Below are positions 39,816 to 50,716 of a stretch of DNA of 64,000 nt, piece by piece. Source of the stretch: Sedimentisphaerales bacterium. GTDB taxonomy: Bacteria; Planctomycetota; Phycisphaerae; Sedimentisphaerales; Anaerobacaceae. The notes beneath the pieces are model-generated. The model was given only the letters and a program-made list of their open reading frames with translations, searched no databases and was not told the origin of the DNA. Within the stretch, counting starts at the first letter, position 1. The number at the start of each line of letters is the position of its first letter. The stretch lies in NCBI GenBank assembly GCA_963708075.1, contig OY970194.1:2784001-2848000 (forward strand), in the 5' to 3' direction. A program made the translations under genes and the position numbers.

Positions 39816-40877
39816 ATGGCAACGAAAAAGCCGCAATTCGGCTGGCAGGACAAGATCGGCAACTCTGCTCAGGTCGGCGGGATCGAAACATCGGTACTCG
39901 ATAATGGGCTGGGCCGGGGGACGCGAATCGCATGGATCAACACGGGTTCGGGCCTTCGCTACAGAGTCGTCATCGACCGGGCGCTCGACATCGTTGACAC
40001 GTTCTACAATCAGCACAGCCTCGTGTGGCTCAGTCACGCGGGCGTGACGGCGCCGCGGCCGGACGCCAACCGAGGTCTCGAATGGCTCTGGTCCTTCGGC
40101 GGCGGGCTGCTCACGACCTGCGGCCTGACCCATGCCGGCGGCCCTGAGAGCGATAGCTTCGGCGAGCGAGGCTTGCACGGACGAATCAGTAATATGCCCG
40201 CGCAAATCGAGTCCATCGTTCAGCCGGACCCCGGCAGTGACAATCCGAAGATGAGCATCACCGCCCTTGTGAAAGAGTCGCGTGTCTTCGGCCCCAATCT
40301 CGAACTGCGGCGGACAATCTCAAGCACGCTCGGCGAGCCGGTGATCCGGATTCATGATGTGGTGACGAACGTCGGCAACTCGCCCATGCCGCACATGATG
40401 CTCTATCACTGCAACTATGGCTGGCCCCTCGTCGATGAGGGCACGAAGATCATCTACAAAGGCGAGTGCAAGTCGCGCGGCTCCGAGATGGACAATGCCA
40501 TCTTCAATGACACGCACGATTTCCGCACGTGCCCGGGGCCTCTGGAGCAGCATCGGGGCACGGGCGAAGCGTGCGGCTTCATCGATGTCACGCCGGACAG
40601 CGGCGGCATGTGCACCATCGGCCTGTACAACAGGAAGCTCAATCTGGCCGTCGTCATGCGGTACAAGAAGAAGCAATTGCCCTCGCTGGCCAACTGGCAG
40701 CATTGGGGGCCGGGTGAGTACGTCACGGGGCTCGAGCCCGGGACCAACCCGCCCATCGGCCAGGGCAAGGCCCGTGAGCAGGGCCGGCTCATCCACCTCG
40801 ATCCGGGCAGGAGCCGCACGTACGATCTGGAGATCCGCGTGCTCGCTGAAGACAAGGACATCAAGCAATACCTGTAG
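39816..40877 (+). CDS. Aldose 1-epimerase family protein (DUF4432-like)
   Basis: DRALDI, F.GGLLTTCGL, GLHGRISN, LYHCN.G.P, GLEPG. Confidence 0.85.
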   Translation: MATKKPQFGWQDKIGNSAQVGGIETSVLDNGLGRGTRIAWINTGSGLRYRVVIDRALDIVDTFYNQHSLVWLSHAGVTAPRPDANRGLEWLWSFGGGLLTTCGLTHAGGPESDSFGERGLHGRISNMPAQIESIVQPDPGSDNPKMSITALVKESRVFGPNLELRRTISSTLGEPVIRIHDVVTNVGNSPMPHMMLYHCNYGWPLVDEGTKIIYKGECKSRGSEMDNAIFNDTHDFRTCPGPLEQHRGTGEACGFIDVTPDSGGMCTIGLYNRKLNLAVVMRYKKKQLPSLANWQHWGPGEYVTGLEPGTNPPIGQGKAREQGRLIHLDPGRSRTYDLEIRVLAEDKDIKQYL

Positions 40878-40892
40878 GCGCGGGTCGGCAAC

Positions 40893-42170
40893 ATGAGTGA
40901 GCACATTTTCGCGGGTTTCGGCTTCGGGCCCATCCAGGCGGGTTTATTCGCCAAGGAGGCTTTTCAGAGCGGCAACTTCCGGCGGATCGTCGTCGCGGAG
41001 ATCGATCAGCGGCTCGTGGACGCCGTGCGATCCAACAATGGCACGTACTACGTCAACGTCGCCGGCAGCGACGGGATCGAGACGGTGCGAATCGACGGCG
41101 TTGAGCTATTCAACCCAATGAACCCCGGCGATTCGGCCGCCCTCCTTTCTGCGCTTGCCGAGGCGACGGAGATCACGACCTGCCTGCCCTCGGTCAACTT
41201 CTTCGATTCACACCCGACCAACGGTGTTGCAGCGTTGATCGCTGAAGGACTCCGCCGTCGCAAGTCGGACGCCATGATTGTCTACGCCGCTGAGAATCAC
41301 AATCATGCGGCCGAAATCCTTGAACAGGCCGTCGTGCAAAGACTCGGCGCCGCCCTGTCGCCGCGAGTCCAGTTCCTGAACACCGTCATCGGCAAGATGA
41401 GCCAGGTCGTAAACGATCCCCGCGAGATCGCCGAACGAGAGCTCTCGCCAATTGCCCCGGGCTTCGAGCGTGCGTTCCTGGTCGAGGAATTCAACCGCAT
41501 CCTTGTCACGCGCACGACCGTTCCGGAATTCGTCCCAGGCATCGAGGTCTTCATCGAGAAGGCTGACCTGCTCCCATTCGAGGAGGCCAAGCTCTACGGC
41601 CACAACGCGATTCACGCTCTGCTTGGCTTCGTCGGCCTGCTCAAGGGCTACGGGAAAATGACCGAGCTCAAAGACGATGCCCGTGTGATGCGTGTGGCCC
41701 GCGATGCGTTCATCGCGGAGTCCGGCGGGGCCTTGCTCCGCAAACACGCCTCGCTCGGCGACGACCTATTCACGGAGGCCGGCTATCGACATTACGCAGA
41801 GGACCTGCTGAAACGCATGACCAATCCGTATCTCGCAGACACCACCGCCCGTGCCGCTCGCGACGTCGTGCGCAAGCTCGGAGCCAACGACCGCATCTAC
41901 GGCACGATGGCCCTGGCATTGGAGCATGGCATCGACCCAAAGAACATGGCCATCGGCGCGATGGCCGGCATCGCCCTGCTGCTAGCGAGCGCCGCCGATC
42001 ACGGTCTGCCTCCCGCATTGCACTCGCTGAACTGGCGAACCCTGGATTCGAGCAGCCTCACACAGCTCCTGACGCATCTCTGGCAAAGCCCGGCGCCGCC
42101 CGCTCTGCATAAGCTCGCCGATTGTACCTGCAGCGCCGGCAAATCCCTCGCCGGCCTGCTCACGAGATAG
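40893..42170 (+). CDS. Mannitol-1-phosphate 5-dehydrogenase-like polyol dehydrogenase
   Basis: GFGPIQAG, AAEN, KLY.HN..HA, R..NPYL.D...R.ARD..RKL...DR. Confidence 0.8.
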   Translation: MSEHIFAGFGFGPIQAGLFAKEAFQSGNFRRIVVAEIDQRLVDAVRSNNGTYYVNVAGSDGIETVRIDGVELFNPMNPGDSAALLSALAEATEITTCLPSVNFFDSHPTNGVAALIAEGLRRRKSDAMIVYAAENHNHAAEILEQAVVQRLGAALSPRVQFLNTVIGKMSQVVNDPREIAERELSPIAPGFERAFLVEEFNRILVTRTTVPEFVPGIEVFIEKADLLPFEEAKLYGHNAIHALLGFVGLLKGYGKMTELKDDARVMRVARDAFIAESGGALLRKHASLGDDLFTEAGYRHYAEDLLKRMTNPYLADTTARAARDVVRKLGANDRIYGTMALALEHGIDPKNMAIGAMAGIALLLASAADHGLPPALHSLNWRTLDSSSLTQLLTHLWQSPAPPALHKLADCTCSAGKSLAGLLTR

Positions 42171-42224
42171 CCGGCGGGCTTTGCGTGCAGATTTGTGCCG
42201 GGGTCTGGCGTATAATGCCGGCCA

Positions 42225-43124
42225 ATGCAGATAGATGACAGACAACACAAACTGGCTTACGCGTATGCGGCCGTGGCGGTCCTGTTCTGGGCCACTGCCG
42301 CCTCGGCGTTCAAGCTCTCCCTGGAGCACGTCGGCGTGCAGCCGCTGTTGTTCATCGCCTCGATATCATCGACGCTTGTGTTCCTCCTCTATCTTGTCGC
42401 CACGGACAGACTGCGGCTGTTGCGAGCCTTCACACGAAGGGACTACCTCTGGTCGGCGGGGCTCGGGCTGCTCAACCCGTTCCTCTACTACGTGATTTTG
42501 TTCAAGGCTTACTCGCTGCTGCCGGCTCAGGAGGCTCAGCCGATCAACTTCGTCTGGCCGCTCACGCTCGTGCTGCTCTCGATCCCGCTGCTCGGCCAGC
42601 GCATCAAGCTCGTGAGCATCCTCGCCATTCTCGTCAGCTTCGCCGGTGTAGTCATCATCGCCACGCGGCCGGAAACACCAAGCGACATTCTCCGCTTTCG
42701 CTTCAGCAACGCTCGCGGCGTGTTCCTGGCCCTGAGCACCACGATCATCTGGTCGCTGTTCTGGATCTACAACGCGAAGGACCGACACGACGAGGCGGTC
42801 CGGCTCTTCGTGAACTTCGCTTTCGCCTCCGTCTACATCTTCGCTTTGATGCTTCTGACGGGTCAGGCGATGATCCCGGATTGGTCCGGGCTCCTCGGGG
42901 GCATCTACATCGGCCTGTTCGAGATGGGCATCACCTTCCTCGCCTGGCTCAAGGCGATGAGAAGCGCCAAGACGACGGCCCACGTGGTGAACCTGGTTTA
43001 TCTCGTCCCGTTCCTGTCGCTGCTGCTGATCGCCCTTGTAGTCGGGGAAAGGATTCTCCCGTCCACCCTCGTCGGCCTGGTCCTCATCGTCACTGGCATC
43101 GTCGCACAGAAGATGGCAGGCTGA
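42225..43124 (+). CDS. DMT/EamA family transporter
   Basis: About 10 TM helices in two EamA halves; TATAAT at 42211-42216 upstream. Confidence 0.88.
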   Translation: MQIDDRQHKLAYAYAAVAVLFWATAASAFKLSLEHVGVQPLLFIASISSTLVFLLYLVATDRLRLLRAFTRRDYLWSAGLGLLNPFLYYVILFKAYSLLPAQEAQPINFVWPLTLVLLSIPLLGQRIKLVSILAILVSFAGVVIIATRPETPSDILRFRFSNARGVFLALSTTIIWSLFWIYNAKDRHDEAVRLFVNFAFASVYIFALMLLTGQAMIPDWSGLLGGIYIGLFEMGITFLAWLKAMRSAKTTAHVVNLVYLVPFLSLLLIALVVGERILPSTLVGLVLIVTGIVAQKMAG

Positions 43125-43136
43125 GCATGCCAAGGC

Positions 43137-43216
43137 GGGTGCCATGCTTACGCTCGCGTAAGCATGTTTCGCGTCGATGGATGAAGCATGTCTACGCAAG
43201 CGCAGACATGGCACCC
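43137..43216. repeat. GGGTGCCATG...CATGGCACCC palindromic element
   Basis: Second copy of 37423-37501. Confidence 0.85.
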
Positions 43217-43446
43217 AGATAGAGTACGGTGCTGGCGGCGCCGTGGACGAGCACTCTCTGTCCAGCCGAGAGCCCCCCGGCATCGAAAAGTGCCTGCCAC
43301 GCCGTCATTGCCGCCAGTGGGATCCCGGCCGCATGGACCTGCACCAGCACTTCGCTCTTTCCCGCCTGCGGGCGAGGCGCATCCTCGTAAACCAGGACCT
43401 CCGGCCCGCCATACTCGTGAATGCCCACCGCCTTCATCGTGGCCAT
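43192..43446 (-). pseudogene. Internally deleted, truncated NADPH:quinone oxidoreductase (MDR family)
   Basis: MKAVGIHEYGGPEVL...EVLVQVHAAG joined directly to IPLAAMTAWQALFD...GQRVLVHGAA; the frame then runs into a repeat. Confidence 0.8.
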
Positions 43447-43591
43447 GTTTCACCTCTACACGGGAACATAGAGCAGGCGTGCTCAGGCCGAAATAGGCAG
43501 ATGGCCCAATCCACGAAATCCAAAACCTCAAAGGGGCATCCGGTTGTGAGTGCCGGACGCCCCTTACAGATTCAAGCGAACAGATGACCTG

Positions 43592-45070
43592 TCAGACGGA
43601 ATCGGGAACGACGAACGGCTTGCGATAGGGCCGCGTCAGCAGGGCATTCGCTTCCTGGTTATTCACGAACTTCTCCGCCTTCGGATCGAACTTCAGCATC
43701 GGCCCGAGTTGGTAGGTGCTCTTGGATATGTCGAGGCCAATCGCGCCTTTGACGGTCTCGCAGACCCTGTCCCACGATTTGGTGATTTCCTCGTGCTTGC
43801 CGAGCACATCTGGCTTAGCTGTGCCGGCGACCTGCTCGCCGAGGCGATAGGAGATGTTGCCCAACTGGCAACACGCCGACGACAGGTATCCATCGGCAAT
43901 GTCGGCATTCAGGTCCTCAACCTTGCGACTGCGCATCGCCTGGATGAAATTATCGAAGTGGCCCTTGCCGGGACCCATTTTGATATCGACGTCCACCAGG
44001 GGTTCGGCCTTGTCGGAGCCTCTCGGATAGAATTTGCCGCCCCGGATGACCCCGGCCTCCAGATAGAACTCGTTCCCCACATTGGACGGGTACTTCTTGC
44101 CGTCCACGCCCACACGATCGACTAAGCCGATGACTTCGAACACCAGCAGCGGTCCGCCGAAGTCCATGATGGTCAACTGGCAGTTTGGCGTCTGAGCCTG
44201 GTCGGTGAAGGGCGGATGTCCCTCGGTCGAATTCACCCAGCGGCCGCCCATACTGATCACGCTCGTGGGCAGGGTCGCCCCTGGAATCGCCCAGCGGGCC
44301 TTGTCCATTTCGTGGACACCCTGGTTGCCGATCTCACCATTGCCAAAGTCCCAGAACCAGTGCCAGTTGTAGTGAACGAGGTTCTCATGGTACGGCTGCA
44401 TGGGCGCCGGGCCGAGCCAGATATCATAGTCCAGGTTCTCCGGCGGCTCCTTGATCGGCTTGAAGCCGATGCTCCATCGCCCGGTCGCCGAACCCTTGGA
44501 GGCCGCGCCCTTGGAGACCAGCAGTTTGCCGTACTTGCCGCTGGCGATCGCGGCCACCTGCCTGGCCCAGCCATCGCTGGAGCGGCTCTGTGTCCCGTGT
44601 TGCACGATCCGCTTGTACTTGCGCGCCGCCTCCATGCACTTTCGCCCCTCAAAGGGATTATGGCTGCACGGCTTCTCCACGTAGACATCTTTGCCCGCCT
44701 GGCAGGCCCAGATCGTCGCCAGCGAATGCCAGTGGTTCGGCGTGGCGATGGAGATGGCGTCGATGTCCTTGTTCTCCAGCAGCTTGCGGATGTCGACGTA
44801 CGTCTCGACTTTTCGGCCGTACTTCTTCTCGAACGCCTCCGCCTTGCTGCCGAGGACCTTCCGGTCCACATCGCAGAAGGCCACGACCTGCACGCCCTTC
44901 ATGTCCCCGAACTCACTGATGTGCGAGCCGCCCCGACCGTTGATGCCCACGACCGCCACCCGAATGTCCTCATTCGCCCCTCGAACTCGTGACGCCGGGC
45001 CTGCCAATGTCACGCCGAGACCTGCGACCAGTGACCCCTTCACGAACTGTCTGCGCGTGATGTACCTCAT
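43592..45070 (-). CDS. Tat-exported Gfo/Idh/MocA oxidoreductase
   Basis: TRRQFV, GINGRG, ATPNHWH, YVEKP, NQGVHEMD. Confidence 0.9.
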   Translation of the reverse strand: MRYITRRQFVKGSLVAGLGVTLAGPASRVRGANEDIRVAVVGINGRGGSHISEFGDMKGVQVVAFCDVDRKVLGSKAEAFEKKYGRKVETYVDIRKLLENKDIDAISIATPNHWHSLATIWACQAGKDVYVEKPCSHNPFEGRKCMEAARKYKRIVQHGTQSRSSDGWARQVAAIASGKYGKLLVSKGAASKGSATGRWSIGFKPIKEPPENLDYDIWLGPAPMQPYHENLVHYNWHWFWDFGNGEIGNQGVHEMDKARWAIPGATLPTSVISMGGRWVNSTEGHPPFTDQAQTPNCQLTIMDFGGPLLVFEVIGLVDRVGVDGKKYPSNVGNEFYLEAGVIRGGKFYPRGSDKAEPLVDVDIKMGPGKGHFDNFIQAMRSRKVEDLNADIADGYLSSACCQLGNISYRLGEQVAGTAKPDVLGKHEEITKSWDRVCETVKGAIGLDISKSTYQLGPMLKFDPKAEKFVNNQEANALLTRPYRKPFVVPDSV

Positions 45071-45133
45071 TTGGTGCCTCCTTTGGAATGTGCCATCAAT
45101 AGGACTTCTGTTGCGAATCATATGCCGGCAATC

Positions 45134-47634
45134 CTACCGCATGACGGCGTCCCATTCAACAGGTGAGTCGATTTTGACTGTTGTGACCTGCCACGGCTTG
45201 ACACTCAGGATGCTCGGCGCGGTCCCTATGTCACGGCCTGCAAGATCGACCTGTGTCATGGCCGCTTTGCCGGCGGTATAGCCAAGCGACAGCTCGCCTG
45301 CCCTGCCCCGGTACTCGTACAGCCGCACGTACGTTTTGCCATTGCGGTGGTACAGGGCCGAGACAATCGCATCAGCCGATTCCACCTGCACAGGTCGGAA
45401 AGTTTGCCCGAGCGGCCCATCGGCGGAAACGGCAGCCGCACCTACGGCGGGGAAGTTGTACTCCACAGCCCGGCGATGCAATTCCCCTGCCGACCAGACG
45501 CCCGTGAAAGGATAGAGGGCGAATTCATATTCGAAGTCGCCGCTCAGCATCCTCGTGCCCCAGATGTAATAGGAGGCATATGCCAGCGGGATGGAGAACC
45601 CGCCGTCCCTCTCACGAACGGCGCCCATCGTGCCCCTGTTGAATACGGCGACTCCCTTGCCCGCTCCGGCTATAGCCGTCCAGTACAGTCCATTGATATA
45701 CGGGTCGGTAGTCTCGCTGACCGCAAACGGCAGGTCACGAACGCCCACGGCATCGGCCGAGAAGGAGGGAAACATTTTGAAACGCAGCTTGTCCTCGTGA
45801 ACGAAACCGGACGCGCCGTCGCGCACGTCCTCGGTGACTCGCCCGATTTTCTGTCCTGCGTACCGGAACCGCATCCAGCAATCGATGCGAGGGCTCTCAC
45901 GATAGAACTTCATCTCGAGAGTATACGGGATGGTCCCGATCAGACCACTCTCGCGGGCAACCACCCAGGTTGCCCCACCCCGCGCCGCATCAAGGACCCA
46001 CCGCCCCCTGGAGGTCACGTCCTGTCCGTCGATCTTGCCTGCGAACAGACAGCCCGGTGATTCGGGCCGCAGGAATTCCTGGCCGCTACGCTTGTCCTTT
46101 ATCGACGACACGCCGCCGTCACGGTAAAAGCGAACATCCCAGAACGGAGTCGCCAGAGCCAGATTCTTGCTGTTAATGACCAGGTCGCCGGTTGCCGAGT
46201 CGGCTGCGCCTGGCGCAGCTCATAGGACACTACGCCCAGTCCTTCGAGATCGGCGAGGACTGCCAGCTTGATCTCCCGCAGGCTGCCGTCGGAGTGCAGG
46301 TCGGCGGACAGAACGGCAGAGGGCACGACTGTATCCGCGTGGACGACTTGCAGGCTTTTGGCGTAGCCTCGCGGAAGCGACACGGGCACCTCGACCCACG
46401 ACTGCCGTCGCCAGGAGACAGGATTGAACAGGACCAGTTGCTGAGAGCCCCGGGAATTCATGCGCGAGGCGAGGTACCGCATCGACCGCGCGGCGGCATC
46501 CTGCGACGAGCGAATGGACTCGGACAGGAATTTGCGTGCGTCCGGGAGCAATCCGCAGATCTGGATATCGTGATGCTGGGCCACGAGCAGGTTCTTCCAG
46601 GCTCTGTCCAAATCGCCGGCGCACCCATCGCCTCCCGCGATGGCGGCCAGCGCCGCGAGCCGTTCGGCCGTCAAGACCCCGACTTCCGCGGCGCGCGACT
46701 GATTCCAGATCTCGTTGCCGCAGTAGCCCCAGGGCATTCGCACGACAAAGTCGTTGGCTGTGGTCCGCAATTCTTCGCGGGGAGCGGGAAACAGCGGGAA
46801 GAGCTCGTCCAGCAACACCCACTGATAGCCCGGCTTTCCCTCGTACTCCCTGACAAGCTCCTCACGTTTGAGTCCGGCGTCATCCGCCCGACTGGCCAAT
46901 AGAGGCTGGATGCGGCCGAACTCCTTGCGAAAATCCGCAGGCGACTTCGGCGCCTCCCGGCTTGGATATCGCGTCAGGAACCAATTGTCGACCGTAGTTT
47001 TCCCGAATTGGGCCCCTTCGCCGTTATAGGTGGGCACCGTGGGGACGCGGGACCCATCGAGCCCTACCCACCAGCCGACGGGCACATCAAACGTCGGATT
47101 GTACCCGTACATCATGTAATGCGTTCGCATGATCGCGCCGGCAAAGCCGAATCCGCCGAGCAGTTGCGGAATCTGGGCGTGCATCGCGTGCTCGCTCATC
47201 AGGTAGACGTTCGGTGCAGAACCGAAGTATTTGCGGTCCGCCGCCAGGGCGTACTCGATCTGGCGAATGTTGGATTCCTCGTTGATGAAGACCGACAGGG
47301 GCTGCCCGTAGGTGCACGTGCCGATCCCGAAGCGGCCCTTGTATTTATCGAGGGAGCCCCGAATCTGTTCGATCACCGCCGGATCCTGCTCGGCCAGCCG
47401 ATCGTAGGTGTAGGCCTCGTTGTCCAGACCGATCTTGAACGACGGATAGCGATCCAACCACTCGGCGGCGGTCCGCAGGTGTTCCACGAAATGGTCGCGC
47501 CCCCAGAGGACCAGTCCCCCGTGGTCGTACGTCAGCATGTACAGCGGCGACGGCTCCGGAGCGGCAAATGCCCGCAGTGAGCCACAGGCGAACAGGAGTG
47601 CCAAAAAGATCAGGACGCGCAGACGATAGCCCAT
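45134..47634 (-). CDS. Secreted GH38 (alpha-mannosidase)-like protein, split by a -1 frameshift at ~46190-46215
   Basis: LLVAQHHD, LFNPVSWRR, VRLYE; second frame stays open upstream of 46111 (ADSATGDLVINSKNLALATPFWDVRF) and overlaps the end of the first. Confidence 0.7.
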
Positions 47635-47666
47635 AGTACCTCCCTCGGGCGCCGACTCTGCCTTTG

Positions 47667-48554
47667 TCACTCTAACCCGGCGGCGCGTTTGGCGGATTCG
47701 ACAGTATTGTAGAGGAGCATGGTGATCGTCATGGGGCCGACGCCGCCGGGGACGGGAGTTATGAGAGAGGCTTTTTCCTTCACGGCGTCGAAATCGACGT
47801 CACCGACCAGACGAAAGCCCTGCTTCTTCGTCGCGTCCTCGATGCGGTTGACGCCCACGTCGATAACGACCACGCCCTCTCTGACCATGTCGGCCGTGAT
47901 CGTGTTGGGCCGGCCGGCAGCGGCAATGACAATATCCGCCTGCCGCGTGAAATACGCGAGGTCCCGGGTTCGCGTGTGACAGACCGTGACGGTCGCATTG
48001 CCGGTTGGGCTCTTCTGAATGAGCATATTGGCCAAGGGCTTGCCAACGATGTTGCTGCGGCCCGCGATGACTACGTGTGCCCCGTCAATCTTCACGCCGC
48101 TTCGCACGAGCAACTGCACCACGCCGTGCGGCGTGCAGGGCAAAAACGCCTTCTCCCCCACGACCATCTTCCCCACGTTCATCGGGTGAAATCCATCGAC
48201 ATCCTTGTTGGGGTCGATGGCGAGGAGCACCTCGGATTCGTTGAGGTGCCGCGGAAGGGGCAGTTGCACGAGGATGCCGTTGATCTTCGGATCGCCGTTC
48301 ATCCGCCGGACCAGGGCCATCAGTTCGTCCTGCGAAGTCCCAGCGGGCAGCCGGTTGTCATCGGAGAAGATGCCCATCTCTTCGCACGCCCGCTCCTTGG
48401 ACGTCACGTATGATTTCGAGGCGGGGTCCTCGCCAACCAGGATCACGCCCAATCCCGGCACGATCCCCCGCTTCTTCAGCCCAGCCACTTCATCCTTCAA
48501 CTCCGCCCGGATGTCCGCCGCGATTTGTTTGCCGTCGATAATTCGTGCTGTCAT
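47667..48554 (-). CDS. folD: Bifunctional methylene-THF dehydrogenase/cyclohydrolase
   Basis: IDGK, S..YV..K, ILVQLPLP, KDVDG.H, PCTP, GRSNIVGKP, TPVPGGVGPMT. Confidence 0.97.
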   Translation of the reverse strand: MTARIIDGKQIAADIRAELKDEVAGLKKRGIVPGLGVILVGEDPASKSYVTSKERACEEMGIFSDDNRLPAGTSQDELMALVRRMNGDPKINGILVQLPLPRHLNESEVLLAIDPNKDVDGFHPMNVGKMVVGEKAFLPCTPHGVVQLLVRSGVKIDGAHVVIAGRSNIVGKPLANMLIQKSPTGNATVTVCHTRTRDLAYFTRQADIVIAAAGRPNTITADMVREGVVVIDVGVNRIEDATKKQGFRLVGDVDFDAVKEKASLITPVPGGVGPMTITMLLYNTVESAKRAAGLE

Positions 48555-48651
48555 TTGTCCTCATCTACAATCTGCGACTGACGACTAATACGAGAACGAC
48601 GATGCGCACAGCATCTTTGCAGATGGTAAATCGCAAACGGCAAACCGTCAA

Positions 48652-50415
48652 TCAAAACAGCCCGTGGACCTTACCCGTGTTGACATCGACGTCGACGCGG
48701 CGGAAGGCGGGATCGGAGCCGGTGCCGGGCATCAGCTTGATCGACCCGGCGACCGGGACCACGAAGCCGGCCCCTTTGTACACGAGGATGTCGTTGATCG
48801 GCAACGTCCAGCCTCGCGGCCGGCCCTTCAACTCCGGGTCATGGGACAGGCTCTGCTGCGTCTTGGCCATGCAGGTTCCCAGGTGCGTGCCGAGGGACTC
48901 CGCCTCCAATGCCTTGGCTCTTTCCAGAGCGGCATCCGTGTAGGTCACGCCGTCAGCACCGTATATCTCCCGAGCGATCAGCTCGATCCGCTGTCTCAAG
49001 GGCATCTTCATGTCGTAGAGGAAATGGAAATCGTTTTTCTCGTTGCAGCTTTCGATCACGGCCTCGGCCAGCTCGATCGCACCCCGGCCGCCTTTGAGCC
49101 AGTGCTCGGAAAGCACGGCCCGGGCGCCGTTGGCCGTGGCGATTCGCCTGACAAGGTCGATCTCCGCCTGCGTGTCGGTTTTGAAACTGTTGACGCAGAC
49201 GACCGGGCGCACGCCGCTCTTCCTGACGATCTCGATGTGCGCGATGAGGTTCTCACAGCCCTTCTCGACGAGGGCAAGGTTCTCGCTGGTGTATGCGGGA
49301 TCGAGCGGCATGCCGGGTTTGACAGCCGGGCCGCCACCGTGCATTTTCAGCGCGCGAATTGTCGCGACGATCACGACGGCATCAGGCCGGAGGCCGGACA
49401 TCCGGCACTTGAGGTTCCAGAACTTCTCATAGCCGATATCTGCGGCAAAACCGCTCTCGGTAACGTGGTAGTCGGCCAGTTTCGTGCCGATCCGGTCGGC
49501 GATGATCGAGCTTTGCCCGATGGCGATATTGGCGAAGGGTCCGGCGTGGATGAACATGGGCTGGCCCTCGATGGTCTGCACCAGGTTGGGATTGATGGCG
49601 TCGAGCATCCAGGCCGTCATGGCCCCATCCACCTCCAGGTCGCCCGTCGTGACCTCCCTGCCCCGCCGGTCGTAGGCCACGACCATCTTCGCGATCCGCT
49701 CGCGCAGGTCCTTCAGATCCCTGGCGACGGCCAGGATGGCCATGACCTCGCTGGCCACGGTCATCTGGAAGCCCGAACTCATCTCGAAGCCGTCCATCTT
49801 ATCGCCGAGCCCGATCCGAATGTGCCGCAGGCTCTGGGCACAGAAGTCGATGGCCCAGCCGATCTGCACGCGATTCGGATCGATGTCCAGGCGCCGCAAA
49901 TTGCTCTTCGCCAGGCGGGCGTCGTCGTAATTCCGCTCGTGCTGCAACCGCGCGGTCAGCGCCACCATCGCGAGGTTGTGGGCGCTGGTCACACAATCGA
50001 TGTCACCCGTGAGCCGGATGGAGATGGGGGTAAGCGGGATGCACTGGGCAAGGCCGCCGCCCGCCGCGGAGCCCTTGATGTTGAACGTCGGGCCGCTGCT
50101 GGGTTGGCGGATCGCCCCGCAGACCCGCTTGCCGAGCTGGCCCAATCCCTCGATCAGGCCGATGGTCGTGGTCGTCTTGCCCTCGCCCAGGGGCGTCGGG
50201 GTAATCGCGGTCACGTCGATGTATTTGGCCGTGGGAGCGTCCTGCAGCCTCGCCAGGACCTTCCTGTAGTCCACCTTGGCAAGCTTGTTCCCGTATGGGA
50301 TCAACTCGTCATCACCCAGGCCAATCTCGGCCGCCAGCCGCTGGATCGGCTTCATCCGCTCCTCGGCCGCCTCGGCTATTTCCCAGTCCTGCATTATTCG
50401 CGGGTCAAGTACCAT
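48652..50415 (-). CDS. fhs: Formate--tetrahydrofolate ligase
   Basis: [44 protein letters not shown]. Confidence 0.96.
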   Translation of the reverse strand: MVLDPRIMQDWEIAEAAEERMKPIQRLAAEIGLGDDELIPYGNKLAKVDYRKVLARLQDAPTAKYIDVTAITPTPLGEGKTTTTIGLIEGLGQLGKRVCGAIRQPSSGPTFNIKGSAAGGGLAQCIPLTPISIRLTGDIDCVTSAHNLAMVALTARLQHERNYDDARLAKSNLRRLDIDPNRVQIGWAIDFCAQSLRHIRIGLGDKMDGFEMSSGFQMTVASEVMAILAVARDLKDLRERIAKMVVAYDRRGREVTTGDLEVDGAMTAWMLDAINPNLVQTIEGQPMFIHAGPFANIAIGQSSIIADRIGTKLADYHVTESGFAADIGYEKFWNLKCRMSGLRPDAVVIVATIRALKMHGGGPAVKPGMPLDPAYTSENLALVEKGCENLIAHIEIVRKSGVRPVVCVNSFKTDTQAEIDLVRRIATANGARAVLSEHWLKGGRGAIELAEAVIESCNEKNDFHFLYDMKMPLRQRIELIAREIYGADGVTYTDAALERAKALEAESLGTHLGTCMAKTQQSLSHDPELKGRPRGWTLPINDILVYKGAGFVVPVAGSIKLMPGTGSDPAFRRVDVDVNTGKVHGLF

Positions 50416-50716
50416 TGAGAAACCGAACAGAAAAAACGCAGGCGGCCGGTCGTCGCGACGCAGCGATGCTCATGCCGCACAGCTTGTACATGGCGGGATT
50501 CATCACCCGCTGATCTTCAGGCTATTATGCTTCAAAATCGGCAAAATGGGTAATCCCTCAGCGCTGATTTTTGTAACTATTCTGCTATTTGGCCCGATTG
50601 TGGCCCGAAAAAGAGGTATCCACCCGGTCTGGGGACAGAGGATCTACGCCCGGCGTGAATCCGGGTAGTCCACCTTCTCTAAACGACACAAGGATCAGGA
50701 ACGCGATGGATGGACG

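Noticed and set aside
48664..50418. Long antisense ORFs (also 8860-10548, 13277-14665, 37619-38884, 57522-58829 and others)
   Set aside because: Shadow frames of well-supported GC-rich genes on the opposite strand; no recognisable motifs
50416..50716. ZTP (pfl), THF or fluoride riboswitch upstream of fhs
   Set aside because: Only small hairpins (e.g. GCGGG-TGATGAAT-CCCGC) and a partial CCGCCTG; required conserved cores and pseudoknot partners not found by eye. An Rfam scan would settle it.
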